Shown: one piece after another, positions 8,690 to 16,687 of the stretch
Layout of the letters: each line of letters begins with the position of its first letter
Numbering within the stretch: position 1 is the first letter of the stretch
DNA from: Candidatus Eiseniibacteriota bacterium
GTDB lineage: Bacteria; Eisenbacteria; RBG-16-71-46
Length of the DNA stretch: 26,748 nt
Direction of reading: 5' to 3'
Assembly: GCA_041483195.1 (NCBI GenBank)
Contig: JBGPFC010000046.1
Span: 1 to 26,748, forward strand
Translations under genes and position numbers: made by a program
The notes under the pieces: model-generated
The model's database searches: none
Told to the model about the DNA's origin: nothing
Seen by the model: the letters and a program-made list of their open reading frames with translations, nothing else

Positions 8690-9711
8690 AGCGCCTCCGG
8701 GAACAGGCGCTTCACGTGGCGACCGAGCACGCCCGCCGCGGGGATCGGGAGGCGCTGCCACATCTTCACGGCGAGCGCGAAGCCGTGCTTCTGGTCCTCC
8801 AGCGACGGCGCGCGGGACGCCTTGCCCAGCACGTACTGGTAGAAAAGTGGGACCGGCTTCGCGAGCCACTGCTCCTTGAATCGGAAGGTGCCGGAGCCCC
8901 ACTGGCTGCGGCCGAAGTCGAAGCGCGAACAGCCGCGCGCGATGCCGCGGCGAATCGCCTCCCAGTAGAGCACCTGATTCGGACAACGCGCGAGGAAGCG
9001 ACGCAACGAGGAGGCCCAGGGGTCGGACACGGTGCCCGCGTGCTCGATCAGGAACATCGCCCCGACCGGCTCGCGAGCGGTCTCGATCACGAGCACGGTG
9101 GCGTCGTCCCCGAAACCGTCGATGACCCTGCGATAGTAGTCCTCCCCGAGAATCGGGGTGCCGAGGTCGCGCATGTTCTCGAGCATGACGCGGTAGAAGC
9201 CCGCCACGTGCTCGCGGCCCCAGCGCACCGCGAAGCCTTCCTTCTCACCCTTGCGGATCTGGTTGCGGAGCTTGGCGCCGAACGCCTTCCACATGGACTC
9301 TGGCTCGCGCGGCAGCTCGAGCTCCATGGTGACGTGTTCATCGAGGGTCTCGAGCCCCTCCCAGCGCCGCCGCTGGTCGCGCAGCTCGAGCCACTCGTGG
9401 CCCTCGAGCCGCACCGCCTCGCGGGCCGGCTGCAGCAGCGCGCGTGCGGTCTCATCGTCGTCCGCCAGCAGGCCCCCCGGCGCCGAGAACAGACGCCTCC
9501 CCCCCGCGATCCCGCGCGCCTCGAACAGGGGAAGCACCCCGGCGACCGCGCCCGCGCGCTCGGCGATCCACCAGCGGGCCCGCACTCCGTATGCGCGCTC
9601 CTGGACTCGCTTCCACGCCGTGGATTGGCCGAAGTGCGAGCCGGGAGCGTGCGCCACGTAGTCGTCCCATCGCGCACGGTCGACTTCTGCGAAGAGGCGC
9701 ACCGACGTCAT
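8686..9711 (-). CDS. FemAB-related GNAT-fold protein of the PEP-CTERM/XrtA EPS-locus type (341 aa)
   Basis: GAGG before ATG 9711. Motifs WDDYV, GVLPLF, WLELR, KLRNQIRKG, NMRDLGTP, PNQVLYWE and FDFGRS..SGTFRFKEQW. Confidence 0.88.
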   Translation of the reverse strand: MTSVRLFAEVDRARWDDYVAHAPGSHFGQSTAWKRVQERAYGVRARWWIAERAGAVAGVLPLFEARGIAGGRRLFSAPGGLLADDDETARALLQPAREAVRLEGHEWLELRDQRRRWEGLETLDEHVTMELELPREPESMWKAFGAKLRNQIRKGEKEGFAVRWGREHVAGFYRVMLENMRDLGTPILGEDYYRRVIDGFGDDATVLVIETAREPVGAMFLIEHAGTVSDPWASSLRRFLARCPNQVLYWEAIRRGIARGCSRFDFGRSQWGSGTFRFKEQWLAKPVPLFYQYVLGKASRAPSLEDQKHGFALAVKMWQRLPIPAAGVLGRHVKRLFPEAL

Positions 9712-9970
9712 CGCGCCTCGCGGCGGAAGCGCTGGCCACACGTGCGAGAACGGGACCGGGTGCCGACGCGGGGCCCGAGGTCGCGACCCTGGGTCTCGAG
9801 GCGCGGGACGGCGCGGCGGCGGCCGCGATCCACCTTCGTGGGCATGACTAGTTCGGGACGAGCATTTGGGGGGAACTCTCTGCCCTCGGGTGGTCCATGT
9901 CCGGCGCGAGAAGGCTCTGCGGAGTGACGCGGACGTCGGACGCGTCGACGGACGGCAGAGTTTCCGCGAA

Positions 9971-9999
9971 ATGGTAGCACTCGCGGCCAGCGCGTCCAA
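9971..9999 (-). promoter_or_regulatory. Sigma70-type promoter for the leftward glycan operon
   Basis: Minus strand reads TTGGAC-17 nt-TACCAT, with an extended -10 TGn (TGC TACCAT). Confidence 0.6.
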
Positions 10000-10116
10000 T
10001 GGAGGGGGCCATCCCGCGCCGAAGCTGCGGTTCCGTCACCCCTCGCTCCCCCGCACGACGCGCCTGGAGCGGACGCGCGCGGGGCGCTCCCGCGGGGCGG
10101 ACGACGCTGAGAGAAT

Positions 10117-10144
10117 TTGAACGGAGCCGGGGAACGGGTATGGT
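10117..10144 (+). promoter_or_regulatory. Sigma70-type promoter for the rightward glycan operon
   Basis: TTGAAC-16 nt-TATGGT in the locally AT-richer part of the divergent intergenic region. Confidence 0.55.
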
Positions 10145-10255
10145 TTCGCAGGCACGCGAAGGGAATTCCCATTCCATGCGACACTGAATGAAACTCCCGA
10201 TGCCTCGCGCGGGCGTGCATGGAGAGCCGGCCAGACGCTTCTTCCCGGAGGTGAT

Positions 10256-10771
10256 GTGACGAAGCCACCGCTCATCGCCCAGCGTGTCGGGCGGCGCGAC
10301 TACGAGTCGCGCATCGCGCCCCGGAGCCTGCTGCGCCTGTTCTGGCAGAAACAGCTGCACATGATCGCGCGCGTCACGATCCCGCCCGATCTGCGCATCC
10401 AGCTCTATCGATGGATGGGCGTGAGCATCGGGCGGCACTGCTTCGTGGGACTCGACACCTGGCTCGACGATCAGTTCCCCGAGCTCGTGATCATCGAGGA
10501 TGACGTCACCATCTCGTTCCGCGTGACGGTCGTCGTCCACGACGACGCGAAGCGCATGGACCGCACGCAGGCCGGCGCGGGCGACGGCACGGTCGCGCCG
10601 GTGATTCTGAAGCGCGGGTGCTACCTCGGCGCAGCATGCCTGCTGCTGCCGGGCGTGACCATCGGCGAGGAAGCGGTCGTGGCAGCGGGAGCGGTCGTGA
10701 CGCGCGACGTGCCGGCGGGCACCGTGGTCGCGGGCGTGCCCGCGCGCGTGATCAAGGGAGCCTCGCGTTGA
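10256..10771 (+). CDS. Left-handed beta-helix (hexapeptide repeat) acyltransferase, MAT/O-acetyltransferase-like
   Basis: GGAGGT RBS before the GTG. Motifs [20 protein letters not shown] and [32 protein letters not shown]. Confidence 0.9.
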   Translation: MTKPPLIAQRVGRRDYESRIAPRSLLRLFWQKQLHMIARVTIPPDLRIQLYRWMGVSIGRHCFVGLDTWLDDQFPELVIIEDDVTISFRVTVVVHDDAKRMDRTQAGAGDGTVAPVILKRGCYLGAACLLLPGVTIGEEAVVAAGAVVTRDVPAGTVVAGVPARVIKGASR

Positions 10772-11982
10772 ACCTCCCCGCGTTCAAGGCCTATCCCCTG
10801 CGCTGGGTCGCGCTGGCCGGGGCCGTCGCGGGCGTCGCGATCACCCTCGCGCAGCGCCTCGACCCGATGCAGAACCCGGACAGCATCGCGTTCGTGGCGC
10901 TGGCCAGGTCGCTGCTCGCGGGAACGGGCCTGCGCTACCGGGAGGCCCTGATCCCCGGGCTCGACCTGTTCGCGTTCCGCGCCCCGGGCTATCCCGTGTT
11001 CGTGGCGCTGGGGCTCGCGCTGGGCGGCATCGGCACGGTGATCGCCATGCAGGGCGCGCTCAATGGGCTGTCCGCCGCGCTCCTCGGGTCGATCGCGAAG
11101 CGTCTCGGCGGCGGACCGCGGGCCGCATGGATCGCGTTCGCGATCCGGCTGGCGTGGCCCACCGCGTGGTTTCATTCCGGGCTGGTGCTGAGCGAGGTCT
11201 TCTACGAGTTCCTCGGCATCTTCGCGACGTGGGCGGTGCTCGAGGGGATCGGCAGGCGTCGGCTCGCATGGAGCGTCATGGCGGGCGTGTCGACCGCGAT
11301 CGCGATCCTGTGCCGACCGGTTGGCCTGGGGCTCGCGCTGGGGCTTGGGATCTGGCTGCTGCTCAAGTTCCCGCGCGCCGCCCTCGCGTACACCGCGGCC
11401 GCGCTGGTGATGTGGGCTCCGTGGCCGATCCGCAACGCGCGCGTGCTGCACGCGTTCGTGCCGTTCACGACCAACGGCAACGCGACCGCCTGGGCGGGCA
11501 CCACCGACGGCAATGTGCGTCCGGCGTACGATTGGATGGGCGCCAACGTGGGGTTGGGAGAGCTGGGATTCGACCGGCACTTCCGTGATCTCACGCGGCA
11601 GCGGATGGTGCAGGATCCGAAGGCGACGGTGAAGGCCGTGGCGCGACGCGCGATCATCTACCTCGGGCCGATTCGCGGGCGCGCGGCCGATTTGTGGGTG
11701 CACCGGTTCGCCATGCTGGCGGCGCTGGCCGCGCTGTTCCTCGCGGCGGCGCGCCGGCGCGTGGTGCTCCCGGCGATGATCTGGGCCGCTCAGGGCGCCA
11801 TCATGCTGCCCATCTTCCTCATCGAGCGCTATCGCTTTCCCACGGAATGGTGCGTGGTGCTGGCGGCGGCGCTCGGAATCGTGAGCCTGGCCGGGCGATT
11901 CGGCGCGCGGCGCGCCAGCATCGCGGTCGGCCTGGGCTTGATGGCCTGCATCGCCCTGTCGTTCGTGGTCGCTCGGCCCTGA
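10768..11982 (+). CDS. ArnT/PMT-like (GT-C, family 39/83-like) membrane glycosyltransferase (404 aa)
   Basis: The TTG start overlaps the upstream stop (TTGA), with AAGGGAG before it. Motifs [34 protein letters not shown] and ERYRFP; many TM helices. Confidence 0.82.
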   Translation: MNLPAFKAYPLRWVALAGAVAGVAITLAQRLDPMQNPDSIAFVALARSLLAGTGLRYREALIPGLDLFAFRAPGYPVFVALGLALGGIGTVIAMQGALNGLSAALLGSIAKRLGGGPRAAWIAFAIRLAWPTAWFHSGLVLSEVFYEFLGIFATWAVLEGIGRRRLAWSVMAGVSTAIAILCRPVGLGLALGLGIWLLLKFPRAALAYTAAALVMWAPWPIRNARVLHAFVPFTTNGNATAWAGTTDGNVRPAYDWMGANVGLGELGFDRHFRDLTRQRMVQDPKATVKAVARRAIIYLGPIRGRAADLWVHRFAMLAALAALFLAAARRRVVLPAMIWAAQGAIMLPIFLIERYRFPTEWCVVLAAALGIVSLAGRFGARRASIAVGLGLMACIALSFVVARP

Positions 11983-11995
11983 ATCGCGGGTGTGG

Positions 11996-12024
11996 TTGGC
12001 GGGGTCCGGGCCGTGTGACATACT
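11996..12024 (+). promoter_or_regulatory. Possible internal promoter
   Basis: TTGGCG-17 nt-CATACT with TGn extension, in the short gap upstream of the oxidoreductase. Confidence 0.4.
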
Positions 12025-12059
12025 TTTCCGCGATGCACGTCCCGGACTCCGGAGACATC

Positions 12060-13220
12060 TTGACGCAGCGAACCGATTACGACTCCATCATCGTCGGTGG
12101 TGGCTTCTTTGGCTGCAGCCTGGCGGTGCATCTTCGTCGCGATCTGGGCCAGCGCGTCGTGATGTTCGAGATGGGATCCGAGCTGTTGCAGCGCGCGAGC
12201 TACGCCAATCAGGCGCGCGTGCACAACGGCTACCACTACCCGCGCTCGCTGCTCACGGCGCTCCGCTGTCGCGTGAATTTCCCGCGGTTCGTGGCCGACC
12301 ATGACGATTGCATCGTTCGCGATTTCGAGAGCTACTACGCGGTGGGGCGGAACTTCTCCAAGACGACCGCCGCCCAGTTCCGCCAGTTCTGCGAGCGGGT
12401 GGGCGCGCCGATCAAACCGGCGCCCGCCGGCATCCGCAGGCTGTTCGATCCCGACCTCGTCGAGGACGTGTTCTCCGTCCACGAGCTGGCGTTCGATGCC
12501 GTGAGGCTCAAGGAACACGTGCTTCGCGACCTGGCGGCGCACGACGTCGAGGTACGCCTGAGTCACGAGGTCGAGTCGGTGAGGCCGGCTGCGGACGGGC
12601 GGTTGGAGGCGACCTGCCGCGCGCCCGATGGGCCGGGGCGGTTCGTCGCGGCCTCCGTCTACAACTGCACGTACTCGCGGATCAACGCCCTGCTGGTCGG
12701 CTCCGGCCTGCCGCCCGTCCACCTCAAGCACGAGCTCACCGAGATGCCGCTGGTGGAGGTTCCCGATGAGGTGAAGGGCCGGGCGTTCACCATGATGTGC
12801 GGCCCGTTCTTCTCGATCATGCCGTTCACGCCCCGCGGCCTCTACACCCTCTCGCACGTGCGCTACACGCCGCACGCGGAATGGAGCGACGCGCCGGGGC
12901 AGGCCTGGCGCGATCCGTACGCGGTGCTGGCGGCATCTCCCAGGCGCTCGAACTTCCCCCACATGCTTCGGGACGTGAGCCGCTACATGCCCTGCCTGCG
13001 TGCCTGCCGGAGAGTCGACTCGCTGTGGGAGGTGAAGACGGTGCTTCCCAAGAGCGAGGTCGACGACAGCCGCCCCGTGCTCTACCGGGAACACTGCGGT
13101 CTTCCCAACCTGACCTGCATGCTCGGAGCCAAGATCGACAACATCTACGACGTCCTGGAAGTCGTGGACGCGGTCGCCGGGGTCCCGCCCCGTACCGCGG
13201 CCGTCGAAGCGGGACGCTGA
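12060..13220 (+). CDS. FAD-dependent oxidoreductase (DAO/LhgO-like superfamily)
   Basis: Rossmann motif IIVGGGFFG and RASYANQARVHNGYHYPRS. Start is TTG 12060 (GGAG 5 nt upstream) or alternatively ATG 12033. Confidence 0.88.
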   Translation: MTQRTDYDSIIVGGGFFGCSLAVHLRRDLGQRVVMFEMGSELLQRASYANQARVHNGYHYPRSLLTALRCRVNFPRFVADHDDCIVRDFESYYAVGRNFSKTTAAQFRQFCERVGAPIKPAPAGIRRLFDPDLVEDVFSVHELAFDAVRLKEHVLRDLAAHDVEVRLSHEVESVRPAADGRLEATCRAPDGPGRFVAASVYNCTYSRINALLVGSGLPPVHLKHELTEMPLVEVPDEVKGRAFTMMCGPFFSIMPFTPRGLYTLSHVRYTPHAEWSDAPGQAWRDPYAVLAASPRRSNFPHMLRDVSRYMPCLRACRRVDSLWEVKTVLPKSEVDDSRPVLYREHCGLPNLTCMLGAKIDNIYDVLEVVDAVAGVPPRTAAVEAGR

Positions 13221-13223
13221 TCG

Positions 13224-14210
13224 ATGGCATCGTCGGATTGCTTCGCCTCGGTCGTCGCGCCGCTTTTCAACGACGCCGACATCGTCGTTCCATTCCTGCG
13301 CGACGTCGCAGCGGTGCTCAAGCGGAACTACGAGAACTACGAGCTGGTGCTGGTCGACGATGGCTCGACGGACGACACGGCGGCCCGGGTGGTGGCGCTG
13401 CTGGGGGAAGAGCGATGCATCCGGCTCATCCGGCTCTCCCGGCATTTTGGCCGCGACGTGGCCATCTCCGCGGGCCTCGACACCGCGATCGGCGACTTCG
13501 TCGTGGTGCTGATTCCCGAGAACGATCCACCGGAGCTGATCCCGCGGTTCATCGAGAGCTGCCGCAAGGGGGCGGGAATCGTCTACGGCATCCGCGCTCG
13601 GCGCCCCGCCGAGCCGCTCTATCTGTCGATCGGCACGCGGCTGTTCTACTGGTACTTCAACCGGATCGTCGGCGTGGACCTGCCCCGCAATTCCACGGAC
13701 TTCCGCGCCTACAGCCGTCAGAGCGTCAACGCCATCACGCGCATCAAGGACCGGCTGCGCTATCTGCGCACGTTCGGCGGATACGTGGGCTTCGGCGGCG
13801 AGCCCCTGGTGTACGAGCCGCGTTCCCGGCGTCCGCGCGCGCGCAGCAGGAGCCCGGGCGAGGCGGTCGCGCTGGCGATCAACATGACCGTTGCGAATTC
13901 CACGCAGCCGTTGCGCATCGTCAGCCTGATGGGCCTCGCGCTGAGCGGGCTGAGTGGATTGCACGTGGTCTACGTGCTGCTGGCCCGGCTGTTCGCGCCG
14001 CACGTGGCGGAGGGCTGGACCACGCAACAGGTGTACGTCTCCGTCATGTTCATGTTCCTGTTCGTCATGCTCGCGACGCTCTGCGAGTACATCGGCCGGC
14101 TGCTGGGCGAGGTGAAGGATCGGCCGCTCTACTTCGTCCTCGAAGAACGCACGAGCTCGGTGCTGCTGGTCGATGAGCAGCGCAAGAACGTGGTCACGGA
14201 ATCCGAGTAG
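13224..14210 (+). CDS. GtrB/ArnC-like GT2 with two C-terminal TM helices and a degenerate DxD motif
   Basis: Motifs LVDDGSTDDT, LSRHFG..AISAGLD, DPPELIP and DFR, then two TM helices followed by EYIGRL..EVKDRPLY. Confidence 0.88.
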   Translation: MASSDCFASVVAPLFNDADIVVPFLRDVAAVLKRNYENYELVLVDDGSTDDTAARVVALLGEERCIRLIRLSRHFGRDVAISAGLDTAIGDFVVVLIPENDPPELIPRFIESCRKGAGIVYGIRARRPAEPLYLSIGTRLFYWYFNRIVGVDLPRNSTDFRAYSRQSVNAITRIKDRLRYLRTFGGYVGFGGEPLVYEPRSRRPRARSRSPGEAVALAINMTVANSTQPLRIVSLMGLALSGLSGLHVVYVLLARLFAPHVAEGWTTQQVYVSVMFMFLFVMLATLCEYIGRLLGEVKDRPLYFVLEERTSSVLLVDEQRKNVVTESE

Positions 14211-14227
14211 GGGCACGGGAGGTCGTC

Positions 14228-14716
14228 GTGACGAAGCCCGGAGAGTTCTGCCGGATCGCGGATGACGTCGTTCTGGGTGTGGACGTCCAGATCCATGCCT
14301 TCGTGAACCTGTACGGGTGCAGCATCGGGGACGGCACGCGACTCGGCGCCTTCGTCGAGGTGCAGAAGGGCGTGACGATCGGCCGCCGCTGCAAGATCTC
14401 GAGCCACACGTTCGTGTGCGAGGGCGTGGACATCGAGGACCACGTGTTCGTGGGCCATGGGGTGATGTTCACCAATACCATGCTGCCGCGCTCGGTCAAT
14501 GCCTCGGGGGAGCTGCAGACCGAGGCCGACTGGCGCCTCCAGCGCACCCGGATCGAGCAGGGCGCATCGATCGGCTCGGGCTCGGTGATCCTGTGCGGCA
14601 TCACGATCGGCCGGGATGCCGTGATCGGCGCCGGCGCGGTGGTGACCCGGAGCGTCCCGCCGGGCGAGGTCTGGGTGGGAAATCCCGCACGGCTCCTCAA
14701 GCAGGTCGCGCCCTAG
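14228..14716 (+). CDS. Hexapeptide-repeat sugar N-acyltransferase (WbpD/WxcM-N-like)
   Basis: GGAGG RBS. Motifs NLYGCSIG, FVEVQKGVTIG, KISSHTFVCEGV, GVMFTN, GASIGSG and VGNPAR. Confidence 0.9.
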   Translation: MTKPGEFCRIADDVVLGVDVQIHAFVNLYGCSIGDGTRLGAFVEVQKGVTIGRRCKISSHTFVCEGVDIEDHVFVGHGVMFTNTMLPRSVNASGELQTEADWRLQRTRIEQGASIGSGSVILCGITIGRDAVIGAGAVVTRSVPPGEVWVGNPARLLKQVAP

Positions 14717-14717
14717 C

Positions 14718-15494
14718 GTGATGTCATCCCCCGACGCGCAGGGGCGGGCCGGCGAGCCAGCCACCCCGGCGATCCATCCGGGGCACCGGGTGATCGCCAT
14801 GTTTCCGTTTTGCGAGGAGCGCGAGAAGCTCGCGCTGCTGGTTCCGAAGATCCGCCCCGGGCTCGTGGACAAGTGGATGCCCGTCGACGACGGCTCCACC
14901 GACGACGGGGCGGCGCTGCTGCGCCAGCACGGCATCGAGCCGCTCACCCAGCCCACGCGCCGCGGGATCGGCGCGGCGATCAAGGCGGTGGTGCGGCATG
15001 CGCGCGCCAACGGCTACGACATTCTGGTGGTGATGGCGGGCAACAACAAGGATGACCCTGGCGAGATTCCGCGCCTGCTCGAGCCCATCCTCGAGCATGG
15101 CGTGGACTACGTGCAGGGCAGCCGCTTCCTCGAAGGCGGCTCGAGTCCCCACCTGCCTCTGTTCCGACGCATCGCGATCCAGATGCTGAGCCTGATCTTC
15201 CGCATGTATTCGGGCCGCCGCTGCACGGATCTGACCAATGGCTTTCGCGCCTACCGGCTCGCGTTGTTCGACGATCCACGCATCGACATCGAACAGGAGT
15301 GGCTGGATGACTACGAGTACGAGTACTACGTGCATTGGAAGGCCTACACGCTCGGGTACAGGGTGGCCGAGGTGCCGGTCACCAAGACCTATCCCGGCGT
15401 GAAGGGCGTGGAGTACAGCAAGATCAAGCCGATCACCGGCTGGTGGCGCATGCTGCGCCCCTTCATCCTCCTGGCCCTCGGGATCAAGAAGTAG
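14718..15494 (+). CDS. Glycosyltransferase family 2 (DPM1-like, soluble)
   Basis: Motifs VDDGSTD, GIGAAI, MAGNNKDDP, YVQGSRF, TDLTNGFRAY and EVPV. Start is GTG 14718 or ATG 14721. Confidence 0.88.
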   Translation: MMSSPDAQGRAGEPATPAIHPGHRVIAMFPFCEEREKLALLVPKIRPGLVDKWMPVDDGSTDDGAALLRQHGIEPLTQPTRRGIGAAIKAVVRHARANGYDILVVMAGNNKDDPGEIPRLLEPILEHGVDYVQGSRFLEGGSSPHLPLFRRIAIQMLSLIFRMYSGRRCTDLTNGFRAYRLALFDDPRIDIEQEWLDDYEYEYYVHWKAYTLGYRVAEVPVTKTYPGVKGVEYSKIKPITGWWRMLRPFILLALGIKK

Positions 15495-15502
15495 GAACGA
15501 AG

Positions 15503-16636
15503 ATGACCGAGCGACGCGACGAGCGCCCCCGCCACGTTCCGTTCTTCGACCTGCGCAGGCAGATGGAAGCGATCCGCCCCGCGATACGCGACGCCCTGGA
15601 GGGCGTGCTCGACGATGGCGGGTTCACGAATGGCCCCGCGGTCGCCGCTTTCGAGCGGCAGTTCGCGGCCTACTGCCAGGTGCCTCACTGCATCGCGGTC
15701 AACAACGGCACCAGCGCCCTGCACCTGGCGCTCGGCTGCTTCGGCGTGGGACCGGGCGACGAGGTCATCACCGTCTCGATGAGCTTCATCGCGACGGCGT
15801 GGCCCATCCTGTACGCGGGCGCCAGGCCGGTGTTCGTCGATGTCAGCGCGGATCGGTTCACGATGGACCCCGGGGCGCTCGAGCGTGCGATCACTCCGCG
15901 CACCCGGGCGATCATCGTGGTGCACCTGTACGGCCAGATGGCGGACATGGACCCCATACTGGCGCTCGGGAAAGCCCACGGCATCCCGGTCATCGAGGAC
16001 TGCGCGCAGGCTCACGGCGCCGAGTACAAGGGCCGGCGTGCGGGGTCGATGGGCGCGCTCGGCTGCTTCAGTTTCTATCCCAGCAAGAACCTGGGCGCGT
16101 ACGGCGAGGGCGGTGCCGTGACCACTCACGATCCCGGGATGGCCGAGCGCTGCCGCCGCGTGCGCAATCAGGGACAGAAGGAGCGCTACCTTCACACCGA
16201 GATCGGCTACAACTTCCGCATGAACAGCTTCCAGGGCGCGATCCTGTCCGTGAAGCTGGAGCACCTGGAGCGGTGGACCGAACTGCGCAACGAGCTGGCG
16301 CGCGAGTACGACCGCGCGCTCGATGGCGCGCCGGTGGTGGCACCCGCCCCCTGCCCGGACGGACGGCACGCCTATCACCTGTACGTGATCCGCCACGAGC
16401 ATCGTGAGGAGCTGCGCGCCGCCCTGCTCGAGGCCGGCGTGGAGACGGCGGTGCATTACCCGCTGCCGATCCACCTGCAGCCCGTGTTCGATAGCTACGG
16501 CTATCCGGCCGGGTCGCTGCCGGTGACCGAGGCCGTCGCGCGCACCTGCATCAGCCTTCCGCTCTACCCCGAGGCCCCCAGCGCGGACGTGGCGCGGGTG
16601 GCGGAGTCCATCCGGCTCGCGCGCATCGGAGCCTGA
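15503..16636 (+). CDS. DegT/DnrJ/EryC1/StrS PLP-dependent nucleotide-sugar aminotransferase (377 aa)
   Basis: Motifs VPFFDL, NGTSALHLAL, GDEVIT, VHLYGQ, EDCAQAHG and FSFYPSKNLGAYGEGG (catalytic Lys). Confidence 0.95.
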   Translation: MTERRDERPRHVPFFDLRRQMEAIRPAIRDALEGVLDDGGFTNGPAVAAFERQFAAYCQVPHCIAVNNGTSALHLALGCFGVGPGDEVITVSMSFIATAWPILYAGARPVFVDVSADRFTMDPGALERAITPRTRAIIVVHLYGQMADMDPILALGKAHGIPVIEDCAQAHGAEYKGRRAGSMGALGCFSFYPSKNLGAYGEGGAVTTHDPGMAERCRRVRNQGQKERYLHTEIGYNFRMNSFQGAILSVKLEHLERWTELRNELAREYDRALDGAPVVAPAPCPDGRHAYHLYVIRHEHREELRAALLEAGVETAVHYPLPIHLQPVFDSYGYPAGSLPVTEAVARTCISLPLYPEAPSADVARVAESIRLARIGA

Positions 16637-16687
16637 CCGCCCTTCCCACCGCCGGCCCGGGCCACGCGCCTCGGAGCCGCGGCCCGG

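Noticed and set aside
9866..9970. tRNA-Sec or a known riboswitch in the structured intergenic segment
   Set aside because: No UCA anticodon arm, T-loop or CCA end, and no recognisable aptamer consensus.
16657..16687. GC hairpin between convergent genes as an intrinsic terminator
   Set aside because: The stem is imperfect and there is no U-tract on either strand.
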